Assembly: GCF_009914755.1 (NCBI RefSeq)
Contig: NC_060930.1
Source: the human T2T-CHM13v2.0 reference genome, Homo sapiens
Strand: one strand, 5' to 3'
DNA: 64,000 nt
In this document: one piece after another, positions 13,263 through 29,457 of the stretch
Numbering within the stretch: the stretch's first letter is position 1
Layout: the number at the start of each line of letters is the position of its first letter
Notes under the pieces: generated by a model
The model's database searches: none
What the model saw: only the letters and a program-made list of their open reading frames with translations
What the model was told of the DNA's origin: nothing
Made by a program: the position numbers and the translations under genes

Positions 13263-14716
13263 TATATGATGCTGGATCCCACTGTACCTAATTCACATAA
13301 TAAGCCCCTCATACATCTGAATCCTTGGGAACACACCTCATTTCTGTCTGCCTGCCACTTGGGCTTCCTTCTGGTCATCTGATCCCCTTTTGAGCTATAA
13401 ATCACATGTTTGAATCTCCTGACCCTGTGTCTTTCTTATTCTGAATCTCGTCAGGGTCCAGAATGAGGTCTTATGCTTTGATCTCCCCAGATGGCCTAAA
13501 CTCAACATCTGCAGAGCTGAGCACACCCTTCCATCCACCACCCTCAGCACACAACCCAGCCTGCTTTTCATCCATACCCTATTTCATCACGCCTAAGATA
13601 GCCCATTTCTCATTTAAAAGTCCTGAAATCAATCTGTCTCACAATGGATGATATCTTGGGCAACATTCTTAATACATTTGACCCACAAATGCATACAGAA
13701 ATTTGGTCCTCAATGTTCACATCGTTGAGGAGTCCCAACTGGCATAATATCTCTACTAACCTTCAGCATAATGTACCCCCATTTTCCTATTCATTTATTT
13801 GAAAACATGAAATCACATTTAATAATATGTCAAAGTCATTTCAAGAACATTTCTAATGCAAAAGTAATTTAAAATTAAATGTTACCATCCCAGAAAAAGT
13901 CAAAGATAAAAATACTGAAACTAAAAATATGATCAGCAGATGAAGAGGTGGAAGTAACACATCCCAAACTTTCATGATATGACTTTAGTTTTTCCCCTGC
14001 TACAAACCAAATTTACACTTCTAATTTTAGTAATTATTTTACAATCTTATTTTTCCCTGTCTTTTATCATTGCCATTTGGTTTTGCTTGGACTATTTTGA
14101 TCCCAATCAATCAATCAATCAATGAGTAAACATCTTCAAAAACATCTCAGCAGCTAAACAGGACATTGCACAAGAGATTAAAGAAACTCTAACTACACCT
14201 ACATTCAAGATGTGTTTTATACTGTTTGAGAGAACAGTTATAAACACATCCGCATCTAGAATACCAGCCCACACACTGCAGATGCTCAATAAATATATAT
14301 TACATAATAAAAATTTTATTGACAGATAATGACAGCAAAAAATTAATGCTAACAGTAAAAACGCATCTCATAAACAGGGATGATCACAAGAACTATAGGC
14401 TTTTACAGGAGGCAGAGATGTCTATAGGCTGATCTTACCCAGGTTCACCTAGACTCCAGGATGCAGTGATTTGAAGAGCCTATACAGTGTCTTTGTGCTC
14501 ATTGGGAAAAGGCACTCTTTCCTCTAGGCAGATGCAAACCTATACTGTTGGCTTATCGAAGAAAGCATGCACTGGACTTTAGCTCCTTTTCTATACACTT
14601 TTCCAGGCACTCTTGTTCAGTAAACATCCTAAACAACTGTGCATGGTGACTTTGCAAAAGAGAGAACTTATGCCTGAAAAGGCATTTAACAGTTTTCTGT
14701 GATTACAATTTGTGTT

Positions 14717-14743
14717 TTTGTTGTTGTTGTTGTTGTTGTTGTT
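14717..14743. repeat. (TTG)n microsatellite
   Basis: About 8 TTG units. Confidence 0.9.
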
Positions 14744-14969
14744 TTTTCAAATTCCTCTTCCCTTTCCACAATGGCTTATTTATTTAAAAACTTGTGTCTT
14801 CATGGTTAGGTCTAGCCCACCCACAGCCTAATGAAATGGCTTAAACTTTAAATATTATTTCCACTTTGAAGTCACATTTTGCATCCCCTTTTGCTTTCTC
14901 AATTTAAAAAAGTCATTGTCTCTCTAATGAGAATGTAAAATCATAGTAAAACATATTAAAGTATACATC

Positions 14970-15170
14970 TAGCACCTTCTGAGGCACTAAATGCCTTGAT
15001 ATTCATCACTATTCCCTTTAATCTTTGGAGCCCCCTTTGAGGTAGACATGACTAGGAGCTCCATTTCATAAATGAGAAGATGGTGAAGCTGAGATTCTGT
15101 GACCTAGTTCGACTCTTGCAGGAGGTAACCAGGCCTGAATTTGAACATTAGTTCTCTGAATTCAAATTCT
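14970..15170 (-). mobile_element. MIR fragment
   Basis: TTTGAGGTAGAC…CCATTTCATAAATGAGAAG…GAATTTGAAC. Confidence 0.55.
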
Positions 15171-15274
15171 TGAGGGTGAATTCCATGAGAGTGGACACCA
15201 TTTTTTTAAATCTCCTCTTTCAAATTCTCAAATCTTAAAATACTGATGTGGTCAATATTCCATAAAAATGCAAT

Positions 15275-16050
15275 CCATTTAATATTTATTTTTAGGACCT
15301 GCTATGTAGCACTTATAATTTTAGACACTGGGAATATAGTTGTGGGCAAAACCAATAGAAATCCCTCACTCTCATACAGGTTTTACTTCAATTGAGAAGA
15401 CAATAACTAAATTGACAAATAAGTTATGTGCCAGATGTTATGGAGGTAAAGCGGGGAAGGGTTAGAGAGAGTATAGTAAGAGCACAGGGGACTTGCTATT
15501 TAAATAAGATGGTTGAGAAGAGCTGCAATAATCAGCCAATATTTGAACAAAGGTCTCAAAGGAGGAGAGGAGTAAGCCACGCTGGGTTAGAGCTTGCCAG
15601 AAAGAGAGAACAACCAAAGCTAAAGTCCTAATGGAGAACTCTTCACTGAGGGTTGCACTTTGCATGAAAGTAACAGCAAGAGAGGTAATTTTACCAGGAA
15701 GAAGTGACCAACAAGAAAGAGAGATAGGAGATGGGGTCAGGGAGATAAAAGGAGTGGCTGAGATACATGTTATACCTTTATTAGGACTCTGATGTGGACT
15801 CCGACTCCAGGTGACATGAAAAGCCACAGAGGTTTTAAGAAGAGCAGTGACAGAATCTCGTTTTCGTGAAATAGGATCAAACTGAATGCATGTTTACAAT
15901 AGACTCTTGAAAGGCAAGGATGAAAGCAGGGAGCCCAGTAAGGAAAAGTGATAATAATGATGACTAACACCCTTCAGAGATCCAGCTGGTGGAATTTGCT
16001 GATGAATCGGATGTGAAGTGAGGAAGAATTGAGAGAACTCAGAAGACTGT
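15275..16050 (-). mobile_element. L2a fragment
   Basis: GACCTGCTATGTAGC…TAGACACTGGGAATATAG…AGCCACAGAGGTTTTAAGAAGAGCAGTGACAG…GAATTTGCTGATGAATCGGATGTG. Confidence 0.75.
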
Positions 16051-17114
16051 TGAGTGAATGCTCAACTGTGCTCTTAACCATGCTTTGCTTCCTGCTAACA
16101 ATCACAACACTCCCAACTGTTGTGGTTTATAAAATAAGTTTTTATGGAGTATTTTAATGAACCTTGGACCAGGAGTCTTAATATGTGATACTTCCTACTA
16201 ATTGAGTTTTATCAGTTTCTGGTCTTTGGTAGCTTGGTTTCCTTAATGTTGAAACTTAAGTAAACAAAAAGAAAGGAATAGAAAACAAAAAGCAAAACTT
16301 CAGATTCGTCTATAGTTAAACATATAACTCAGATGTTTTGCAGAGTTGAAAAGATGATTTAGAATTTTATAGATGCAATATTACCTAACATTTCCTGAAT
16401 TAATATATTGCTTTATATTTTTCCAAAAGTTCTTCACAGAATGAAGAGTATATGTATTTATATTTTAATTTTATTTCCACAGAAAGACCAAATAGTGATT
16501 TTTGAGGCTTGTGATCAAATGCATTCTTATTTCTCTGGAAGTTTGCGTGCTTGCATTTGACATTTTAGTTTTTAACTTACTTGCATTCTCTGTACTATTT
16601 ATTTAGCTTGTCTATTTCAATCAATGCTTATCAGGAAGAGTTATTGGATTTTTTATATATTACCTAATTTATGTCCATGAAATTTTGACAATATTCCAAG
16701 AATCTAGAAAGAACTTCAGTGAGTACTTGATATAGTGTTTCTCAATTATTTTTAATCCACAGTAATATCACAAGATTGCCTGAGTCACGATTATATGACC
16801 TTGTATTTGTAGATTTTTCAAGAGTAGGTCTCATATGAATATATTTTCTTAAATCAGGAAAACTGGGAGAGGGCTGTTACAAAAATTAAATAAGTTCATA
16901 TACATATACTATTTAGGACAAGGCCTAGCCACAGTCAGTACTGTAAAAGTATTCACTATTATAATGGCAATCACCTGCAAATATTTTTTTACTCAAAAAT
17001 ATTTCTTTAAACATAATTTTATTTGATTCAATAATAAAAACAATGTTACTAAATACGCTTTTTAAAACCACACATGTCCCATTCCATTCTCAAGATCTTC
17101 CTATAATTCTCACC

Positions 17115-17228
17115 TAGGGTGATCAACCCATCCCTGTTTATCTGAGATTTTCCCATTTCTAGAATTGAAAGTTCCACATCCTGGGAACCTCCTCAGTCCC
17201 AGGCAAACTGGGAGAGTTGGTCACCCTA
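17115..17228 (-). mobile_element. MER81 (hAT-Blackjack MITE)
   Basis: 114 bp with TIRs TAGGGTGATCAAC / GTTGGTCACCCTA. Confidence 0.85.
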
Positions 17229-17667
17229 CCTCTCAGGTTCTTCACCCCATCTTCACAATCACTGCTATAACCAGACTTCTTTGTTTTTCAAAGTCACACA
17301 GCTGATGTCAGATGCAAAAGTAGACCCTGGGTCTCCTTATGCACAAATTAAAAAGATGCACAGACTGTCTGAGATAGAGGAGAGGGAATGTCCCATGAAT
17401 AAACACTCTGTGTCACCCTTTCTTACCTTCATGCTGTCTATGAGTGTGTAGTTTGTATGCTCATGATGATGTACAGAGTATTTCCATCACATGTATGTTC
17501 ATAAATATAATAAAGTCATAACAATAGTATATTACAGTTCATAGCTTAGAAAAACAAATGCTTCAAAAATTCTTAAAGAACATTCAGGCTGTTAGACACA
17601 TGTCTATTTTATACTACTTGTTATCTATGTTTCCAGATAAATATATATAAATTTGATTTGAAAATTA

Positions 17668-18060
17668 CAACTATAGTATATCTATACAATAGAATATCAC
17701 TCAATAATACAAATAATTAACTGCCAATGCACACAACATCTTGAATGGATCTCAAAGACATTATAATGAGTGAAAGAAATTAGTCTCAAAAGATTACATA
17801 TTGTTTGGTAATATCTATATGATATTCTCCAAAAGACACACTCTAGCTATGAAGGATAGATCACTAGTTATCAGGGGTCAGGAATCAGTGAAGGAGCTGA
17901 GAATGAAGGGATGGCTTGAAGGAATGTTTGGGGTTGATGGAATTGTTTTGTATCATGATTCTGGTGTTAGTTTCATGAATCATTGGATATATCAAAATTC
18001 ATAGAATTGTATATCAAAAGAAAAAAGTCAATTTTACTCTATGCTAATTAAAAACAAATA
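17668..18060 (+). mobile_element. L1ME-type 3' UTR fragment
   Basis: ATACAATAGAATATCACTC…GATCTCAAAGACATTATAATGAGTGAAAGAA…TCAAAATTCATAGAATTGTA. Confidence 0.75.
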
Positions 18061-18378
18061 GATGAAATATAAGTTCAGATTTCTAAAATGAGGAGAACTA
18101 TAACTCAGCTTCAGAGACAGAGGATCTGACTTTCTAGTCCTAAATAAGGTATTAACGGAATAATATTTGTCATTCAAGACTATGTGATTTCAATAACATC
18201 TTAAAGGTAGCATCAAATGATAAGCTCATGAGATATGCACATGCTCTTCTACAATCCCTAGCTCCTATGCATTTCTGTAGGGTCAGGAGATTCACTCTGA
18301 CTTGAATCATAATTATATATGAGTCAAAATTATATATGACTTCTGGACAGTTAGGGGATGGGGTCTCTCTCCCTGTCT

Positions 18379-18502
18379 CATACACACACACACACACACA
18401 CACACACGTATATATACACACATATATATACATATATATACATATATACACATATACACACATATACATACACACACATACACACACACACACACACACA
18501 CG

Positions 18503-18533
<31 letters not shown>
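18379..18533. repeat. Compound (CA)n/(TA)n microsatellite
   Basis: 155 bp of unbroken pyrimidine-purine alternation. Confidence 0.95.
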
Positions 18534-18559
18534 TCTAGAGAAACATAACTTTTTGTTAC

Positions 18560-19110
18560 TTTGCAGTAGACACCCTAAAGTGGGCTGATGGGTTGTACAG
18601 CAAGTATATGCTTAAGCTTGTGAGAAACTGCCAAACCATTTTCCAGAGTGTCTGTACCATTTTGCATTTTCCTCAGCAATGTATGAGCCGTGCAGTTGCT
18701 ACATCTTCTTCTATAGCAATTTGGAGTATCTGTTTATTTTACTTTTTTAGTCTGGTCATTCTAATAGGTGTGTAGTAATATCTCATCATGAATTTATTTT
18801 GAATTTCTCTAATGGTTAATCATGTTGAAAAACTTTCCATGTGCTTATTTGTCATCCTTATGTCTTCTTTAATATAGTGTCCTTTCAAGTCGTTTGCTCA
18901 TTTTAAAATTGGGTTGTTTTCTTATTATTGAATATTGAGAGTAACTTATATACTCTGAATATTAGTCCTTTGTCATAAAAAATGCAATTAGTTTTTCTGG
19001 ATAAGTAGCTTGTTTTGTTGTTTTTTTAAATTATCTTAAGAATGTCTTTCATGGAGAACATTTTAAAATTTTTAAAGGAGTCTTATTTATCAATTTTTTA
19101 ATGGATGTTT
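18560..19110 (-). mobile_element. Old L1 (L1M) ORF2 3' fragment
   Basis: AGAAACTGCCAAACCATTTTCCAGAGTG…CAGCAATGTATGAG…CATTCTAATAGGTGTGTAG. Confidence 0.8.
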
Positions 19111-20319
19111 TTGTGGCTTACCCCAGATAATATCTCTACTTATCACTAGTAATGGAGGATAGAATGAGAGAACAAATGCAACCAGTGACAACCTTACTCT
19201 CTTAAAGCCATAGCTCTACTCATCAAAGAGGAAGGTTCTCTACCTTCCGAGTTTGGCTCTTGGAGTTTCCTGTAACTATTACTACCATTGCTAACATATA
19301 TAACGGAAAAAAAAAATGGATTTCTCCACTCTCTCTGAGAGTTGCAAATATAATATAGCAAATATAAATACTGAGCTTACAGAATAATTCGGAATATTTT
19401 TAACTAAAAATTTAATTCAAAAATTATTCAATTGAGTGCTAACTGGAAGTTCCTGATTGCACTATGAAAGCCCACACATAACAAAATATATTCAACAGAT
19501 TTTCCCTAAAATGGCCTATTTTGGTTACATTTATTCATTAATTCATATATTCAATAATTTTAAGCACCACACATGTACTAAGAAGAACATGAGACAGATT
19601 TCTCCTTAGTATAAAAATAAAAATTTCAAAGTAGGTTCCTGGATTTCCCTTTATCAGTGTGTATCGGCCTCCCACAAGTGAGGTGTGCAAAATGCAAAAC
19701 AGTCATGCATTCCCTTCTCAGGCATGTTCACACTGCAAAGGAAGCTGAAGCCATGTCTGTATCAGTCCATTAAACAAGACTTTACCTTTACTTTCCTTCA
19801 GAGTAAACTAAGAAAAATTGCACACGTGTGTGTAGCCATGCACCTGCATACACACACACACACACATTCATGCATGCATATTATTTACCCTTTCCATGAG
19901 TAATAGGCTCTATTTCAAAGATTCAAAGATTAACTTTGTTATATAAATCTCATAACTAGACAGTTTCATATTCGTTTTGGTCAAATCGAATGCAAGGAAG
20001 ATTATATGGGAGGGAAATAAAATTAGAGGTGAGGTTTGGTGGTTTGGAGAGCCATGATCATAACTTTTTCATGCTTGTTAGACCAGAGATTTAACTGCAA
20101 TTTCAAGTTTAACTTTAGAGTTCTGTGGCGTAACTTATATAGTAGAAGTTCAATACATTGACAGAAACAAATAGAGGAAGAGACTGTTATTGCTCATAGG
20201 CACTGATTGTCTTGTAAGTGACCCCCCCCCCCAAAAAAAACCTCATTTTATTTAGAGGTTCTCTTTAAAATCCTTAAAATAACTTAATAAAATTAATTGT
20301 GGAAAAAACGTGAATGTGT

Positions 20320-20530
20320 TGAATAATGGAGCAACAGGATTAGAGGTAGATCAGGTTTAAAGCCCTACTTCGCTACCTCACCAGCTGTCTTTTTGGTTTC
20401 TTCATAGATAAACTGAGTGTCATTATACCTCTGCAGCAGTGCTTAGGTTGTTGCAAATTTTAAATGATAATGCATATAAAGCCATTTTCACAGTATATGT
20501 CATATAAAAATATTCATTAAATGTTAATTT
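20320..20530 (+). mobile_element. MIR
   Basis: GGTTTAAAGCCCTACTTCGCTAC…AGGTTGTTG…TAAATGATAATGCATATAAAGC…TTAAATGTTA. Confidence 0.65.
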
Positions 20531-21800
20531 CCAACATGGGATCTAGGAAACAAAAGAAAAGAGAGGAAAGAAAGGTGTTGGCCAAAGTAACATAATTAAA
20601 ATCTCTCCATTTACAAGAGGATGGAGTTCCAGCCATGCCCATCTCTAGCATGTAAGGGGTCCTGGATCCTTCTGTTAAAATGAATTTGAGTTCAGACTCA
20701 ATGACATGGATTGGGAAACCTAAAAAGACGTCCTGACCACAAAAATATATTTCTGCCCTTAAAGTGGGGAATGAGTGGGTTGGCACTGGTAGGTAAACAC
20801 ATATTTTTCAAGTCAGAGTTAAAGTTTAGCTGTAGGATTAACCTTCTGATTTAGTAGCAGATTCAAATAAGAGCATGATAGCTATAGATGAGATGGGTGA
20901 TAGTGATAGTTCCATTTTTCGATCTATAAACAAAAGTATGAAAGGCATCTAAATTATTCTATTTAAAATTATTAATTTCAGAGTTCAAGTTGTCAAACTA
21001 AGATTTGAACTAAATGAACACATACCTCAAGAATGAGATTTCCAGTCCAGAAGTGAATATCTATATAACGCATTGCCCCAGGACACTTCCCTTTCCTGAA
21101 ATGTCTACTATTCATCTTTCACAACCACAAATTACTGGAAAAGTTGCCAGCTTGTTCTCTGCAAGATTTTTGGAAGAACTTGCTTGGCACATTACGTCCT
21201 ATCTTGAGGTTTGCAAAGAGAAAGGACAGTTTGACAAGGCCATGTCAGGGAAATGTTGCCCCACCAGCAAGCCAAAGGTCAGACTGTAATTTAAGCTGCA
21301 GTTTGCTTGTGAAGGGTAGAACACTCCCTGGTTTCATCTCACAAGCAGGGAGAAAATCAATCCTTTAGTAGCCTTCGAATGGAAAGTTTAATTCAGGACA
21401 AGAAAAGTAAACTTGTTTTGCTTTTTTTTCTTTATTCTCATTGGTCAGCAGACAGCTCTGTAATTGTTCTGTTGACAGCATAAGTTTTTTTAAGGTTAAC
21501 TCTGTCCTTCTTTTTCCTCTCCCGGATCTCAAATTACACAGAAAACGGAAAAAATTGAATGTATGCTTAGACCCCAGAAAGTTCTCTAGCAATGATTACC
21601 CAGATATTTAATGGATCCAAAGTTCAAACTCAATCCAAATGGTTTTCATACAAAAACAAATACCATAATTGTTCCATAAAGAGAACTTTATATTGAACCA
21701 CTTGATTTGATTAATAATCCATGGACTTCATCTATGGACTTTCAAAAAACAAAGCCACAGTTTCAATACAACACTTTCTGAGAGTTAGAGGAAAAATAGC

Positions 21801-22526
<726 letters not shown>

Positions 22527-22889
22527 ATAGCTTACTGTATTAAGCTCTAAGACTCTTCTTTGGTTCCTACAATTTGAGTTGAGTTCGCTTTCAACTTTAA
22601 CCTTACTGAGGACAGTTGTATCTTTTGAATAAAAGCTTTGCTAATCATTTCATTATCAGAAGAATTCTGTTTTGGCTTACATGTTTTTGTTGTTGTTCTT
22701 ATTATCTTAATATGCTATTAACGTGATGTTGCTAGTCAATTTGGTACTTAGCAATTTTATAATATTAAGTTTCTTGACCTAAATTATCAAAATTGTACAT
22801 TTCCATTGCAAAGAAAATAAAAATCTAACCATACAGAAAAGTCAAATACCCAATCAGCAAATTTTGTTCATATTAAATTTAATCACATT

Positions 22890-23515
22890 TTAACCTCTCT
22901 CATGTAGACTGTGGCAAAAGCCTTCTGCCCAGGCTCCCTGTCTCCTCTCATGCCCTTAACTTTCTAATCTGCACACAGCAGCCAGAGTGATCTCATTCAA
23001 ATATAAGTCAGATCATGCCATTTTCATGCTCAAAACATTCCCATGGCTTTCTATTGCATTTAAATGGAATCTAAAGCTCTTCCTATTACTGACAAATCCC
23101 TGTATAAACAACCCTCTCCTGCTCTTCTTCTTCTTCACCTTATGCTAAAAACATGCACCTCTTTTTATTTCTTCAGAGCTCATCCACACTTTCCTGGTCC
23201 AGGGTCTTTGCACTTGCTAACCCCGTGCTTGGATGTTCTCCCCACAGGTATTGGCTTATCCCCTCTCATTCAGATCCCTGCTCAAAGAGGCTCCCTTACC
23301 TAGAACAGCAGTTACTATCACTCCCTATTCTCTTACATTGCTTAATGTTTTTCTAACAGCATTCATTACTGGTACCGTTTTTACATTTATTTGTTATTTG
23401 CCTCTCTCCTGGAATATGAATTCTACAAGAGCCAAGACTTGTTTACATTTATATTCTCAGCACCGGACTAGACAGCTCCTGACAAGGACTAGGCATTAAA
23501 TATTTAATGAACGAA
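22890..23515 (+). mobile_element. L2a 3' fragment
   Basis: CACACAGCAGCCAGAGTGATC…AAGTCAGATCATG…CAGGGTCTTTGCACTTGCT…AAATATTTAATGAACGAA. Confidence 0.8.
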
Positions 23516-25179
23516 ACTCACTCCGCAAAAGTCACACTATGAATGCATTAATGTGTATCCCTCTAGATATTTTCTACATACACATAAACTATTTTTCAGA
23601 AGTAAATTTTTTCAATGATATTGCTTTCAAAATTTCTGTGTGTATGTGTGTGTATTTTCAAACACTCTCTTTACCTAGACTTCTAGGAGCAGAAAGCTCC
23701 AAGTCCTTCTCTGGCCATTTCAGACTAAACCTTCTGTCACCACCCTTGATCCAACCTTCCACCATCCAGCTTCCTTTAGACCTGTTGCAGCTCCCTTTGC
23801 TATTTAACTTCATCAATATTTACTGCCCGTTCTCTATCTACCTGTTGGTATGCATATATCTTACTTTCCTTCTAAGAAAAAATATTTTTCCCTTAAAACA
23901 CTTCTCCTATCTGTTATTTTATCACCTTTCTTCCTATAATTACAAGAACTCAAAAAAGAGTAGTCTACACCACTAAAGAGTGGTCTCCACTTCCCCATGG
24001 CTCATTTGCTGTATAAGTCTCCCTAAAATCTACCTTCTGCTCTTAGGATTCTGGGAAAAACTCTTTTCAAGCTGAGTAATTACTTTCCCATTGTTAAGCC
24101 CCAAAGCCTTTCTCAGTATAATTTCCTAAATCTCTGGTGAGCACCTGCCAATATTTACTACAACAATCCTCTGTGGCCTCATGGCATTGCACTGCAGAAT
24201 GGCCATAGTAGAAAGCCTTAGCTACACTCCACTTCTTTAAAACAGGAGTGTTCAGTTGTTTCACTCTTTTCCTGGAAAACTGGTAGCATCTATCTAATCA
24301 GTATGTCAAAAACATTTGTCCCACAGTTCCCCAGAATTTGAAAATAGTTCTGCTCTGTGTTGTATTCAAAAGGTCAAGCTTTAGGTACTTGAACAAAGCT
24401 ACATAGGCAGCAACTCTTCCATTTCAATTAAATAGCCTTGTGGTGAAGACGCCTTCAGTTCAGATATGCAGGGTTCTTGCAGTCTCTTTGCCCCCATCCC
24501 ATAAACAATGATATCTAGTAGTAATTCCTACCATGTATCTTAAACAACTAGGGCTTGTTTCCAGCTTTACTCCTATCAGCCCCCACTTGTTGTAGAAGTG
24601 GATTCTATTCCCCTTCTGGCTTTTTAATTTGAAGTGGATTCCACTATTATACTCGGTATGCAATTGACTCTTACACTGTGATGATTCACCTGTATCCACT
24701 AAATGTTTCCCCAGATCTGAACCCTTTGAACTTTGGATGGCTGTACACTTCTGAACTCTAGCTACTCTGCATAAAGCAGAGTATTTCTTGAATGCATATA
24801 ACTTGTTTATCTTATTAGTGGCTGTATTCCTTTCTGTAAATATCTGGTCTTTAATAGATGTTTAAAAGATAGTTCTAAGTGAATGAATAAAGGAATGGAT
24901 GAGTTAAAGTGAATTTACCACATTTGTGTTTGAATTTTGTTTCTGTTTTTCAGCGCCCTCCTAGAAAGCAGCTCATTTTCAGTTTTACTAAGCTTCCACC
25001 AGCTTCTGGCTTAGCTTCCTTCCCTTGTTTTATTCCTGTTTGTGTTTCCTGTTGCAGCATGGTCAACTTCATCCTGGCAAGTCCTCTAACCTCCCCTAAA
25101 TAATCAGACTTTCTCTATCAATCAGACTGGTAACAATTAGAAAGAGTGGCACCTATTACAACTGAAGTTGCAGGAAAGG

Positions 25180-25770
25180 GGTGTTGTCTTCATTACTCTT
25201 GGAAGTGGGTAGTGTTACAACTCTGGAAGGCAACCTGACAACGTTAATGAAAATTAAATTGTATATATCCTTCAAACAAGCAATTCCACTGTGGGAATCT
25301 CTGCCCCAGAAATAAAAGTGAAAATACATAAAATTTCTCTGTAAAAGAGTATTTATTGCAGTGCTGCTTATAATGTTTTAGAAAATTGGAAATGAATACC
25401 CATCAAATGACAAATAATTTACAAATAATTATATATCCCATCACAGTACCAGCCATAAATTCATGCTATAACAAATTACTTGACAGAAGAAAGATGTAGT
25501 AAAGTTTATTTATCACTTATGTAAAACAAAATGATTGTTTTGTCAACTGTTCCACATATATGTATAGTCGCTGAATTATATAAATTCAGAGAATTCATAT
25601 AAATGCTTACTAGGAAACATGGGTTACCGGGGGTATAAATGGAATTGAGGATGTTGGCAATGATGTGAGTAGAGGAGGAAACAGAGGGAAAAGAGAGAAC
25701 ACAGCTCCTCAAAAGTCCCCCAAATCTACATTTTGTAAAACCATATAAATGTTCACATTCATCAATTTCT
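25180..25770 (+). mobile_element. L1ME-type 3' fragment
   Basis: CTCTGGAAGGCAACCTGAC…AGCAATTCCACTGTGGGAATCT…TATTTATTGCAGTG. Confidence 0.6.
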
Positions 25771-25777
25771 ATAAAAA

Positions 25778-26008
25778 TAATAGCAAACAGATAGTTCTTA
25801 CTCTATACCAAACATTGTTCTACTGCTCAATATATTATTTAATCTTCTACCAACTTAATGAAGTAGATACTATTTTAACCCCCATTTTTATAGATGATAA
25901 AATGTAGGCACAGAGAAATTAAGGAACTAAAGTCACAAAGTTAGAATATCGCAATTTGTCTTTAAATCCGGATAGTTTGGGTCCAGAGACTACTCTTAAC
26001 CATATACT
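25778..26008 (-). mobile_element. MIR
   Basis: CCCCATTTTATAGATGATAAAATGTAGGCACAGAGAAATTAAGGAACT…GTCACA…CTCTTAACCA. Confidence 0.75.
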
Positions 26009-28027
26009 TTGCACATACCCTGTCTCTTAGGGTATGTGCAATGAGTAAAGAAAAGAAATTAAAAGTAATTCTTAAAGATGCACAATGTGGCAATTAACAG
26101 GATAGTATTGTTTCCAAATTGTGCATTTTACTAAACCAGACTAATCTCTTTAATTGTAGCCAATTTCATTTTAAAAAAAATAGCCTTAACTATTTTTAAT
26201 ATGTGCTATTCGTACTTGTCTAATCATGACTGCTCTTCGCAAAGGAATAAATCCTCCTAGATTATATCAGTTATACCTCAAGTGACCTGTCCCAATAATC
26301 ATCAAAAAACTAAGTATCAAGGATCTCATTTTAAGAGCTGTTGATAGGGAAAATTAACTACTTGTTGCACAAGCTTTTCAGATCTCATTCTCTTTCTCAG
26401 TGGAATAAGGATTATCTATAAAACCTTTTTGGTTAGAATGAAAGAAACCTCCTGTGACTAATACAAGCAGACGGCATAACTATAGACCACTACCCTTTAT
26501 TTGGCAGGGAAGGACCACAGTGAAGGAAATAGTGCTTTGAATTTGAAATTAGTGAAAATCAACACAAAATAGAGGTAAGTAGTCATCTGAATAAATGACA
26601 TAATATAAAAAAGGAGCTTGGAGCTTGAGGTTCAAGCTCAAGCTTGACTCTGCAGTTTACTTGGCTGAGCTACAGGTCTTCCATTGGAGAACTTACCAAG
26701 TGATACCCCTCAAGTTCTCCTTCAGTCAAGCAACCTTCAGAGCTCTAATTTTTTCTACTGAGTTTACTTAAGCAGCAGTTTCTTCATGAAATGAGAAAGT
26801 TACTGATTCAGCTCATCTTGTGAGGCATCTTTTCCACTATACATTCCTCTTCTGATATGCTGGTGTCCAAATCAGTTTTTGTGTGTGTTTGTTTTGGCCT
26901 GAATTTATCCTTTCGCGTTTAATCACCTCTGAGTAAGCTGCTAAAATGAAGATTCTGGACTTGCTGAGAGGAAGAAACCTCTCTGTTACCTCCCAGGCCT
27001 TGCCCTGTATCCAGTCTTTCTCCCACAATTTGACATCTGTGCACTGCAATGCCTCTCAGCAAAAGGGCTTTGACCATGGGACTGCCTGTCTTTAAAGATA
27101 CATCTTGATCTTGACATGCATCAAAATGCATATTTGGACTTTAGAAGAGTGATGCCTAAGGTGATTCTAAATGATGGAATGGAAGAGGGACAAAATGAAA
27201 GATTCTTTCATTCTTAAATAGATGGAGTATGCATTTGAATGCCTAGAGGGAAAATCTGATTGACAGAGAAGATATATATTGGGACAGGGGTTAAAGGTGA
27301 ACAGAGAGGCTTCAGAATTGTCAATGTAGTCATTGTCACTAAAGCATTCAGCCAAAAGAGGCCACAAAGAGATGTGGAAAAAGGAAAGGAACCTCATGGG
27401 TCAAGGACAGACTCTTGTGAAAGAAGTAGGAAGATATGGTAAGAGAAAGAAAGATGAATAGAAAGAAGCAGCATCTGTAATGAATGCTACTGCTCAATGA
27501 GAATGAGTGGGATTTTCAGGGCAATTGGGAGAATGGATGGATTGACATTAGATGAAAATCAATGGCTTTTAATTAATACCACCCCAAAGAGTAAGGATAA
27601 TGGGGGCAGAGAAGTGGATGATTATACAAAATAAGGTCAATCCTGGTTAGAATAAATTACACTCCCTATAGATGGTCAGGAGTACTATGCTGTTTTGTTT
27701 TTGTTTTTGTTTTTTTTAAATCTATTGAGTTTCAGTGGGAGAACATATAAGGAAAGAATAGGAGCTATTCATCTCAAACAGATAGTCTGCCTTCATAAAT
27801 AACTGCCATTATTAAAACAAGGATCAGTGTAGAGGTGGCCCTGATGCCCAGAATCCAAAGGTCAGCTCCCTGAAAGCCTCCCCAAATCACAGACGTTTAC
27901 TATGGCCTGGCCCTGTTCCATCTGTTACAACTTTACTCTGCTCACTGGATTTCTCCTACAACTAACAACTCAAAAATCTCAGTTTAGAATTCCATAGAGC
28001 AAAAACATATTAAAAATACAAATTTTA

Positions 28028-28352
<325 letters not shown>

Positions 28353-28742
28353 TTAGCCTATTTAAAAAAGCACTATCATAGATGTACTTAAAAAAATTAT
28401 ATATATATAATGGGAAGAATATTAATTAACTGTTTATGGAAGGGCAGAGTAGTGAGGGATATAAAAAATAGAACATAAAAGAAAAACAAGTTTGAATATT
28501 AAAAACTACAGTAAGCTAGCAATTTAGAAACTCAGCTTGCAGTATGAGCCTGAGGAGGTCATCCAGTGGACCACCACATGACAGAACAAAGAAACAGGGA
28601 GAAAAAAAATGACGCTGGCTCCAGCTTACATAGTGTTTTCCTCTTCTCTCATCAAAAAAGAGGAAAGAGATGATAGAATATTGAATACCCTAAAAAGGAC
28701 ACCACAAAGTAGAAAAGTCACAATCTCAGTGTGTTTAGTGCC

Positions 28743-29457
<715 letters not shown>

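Noticed and set aside
18170-18588. ORFs of CV/YI/HT repeats
   Set aside because: Translations of a dinucleotide microsatellite
23539-23976. 145-aa hydrophobic ORF
   Set aside because: Low-complexity T/C-rich DNA between and overlapping L2 remnants; no family motif
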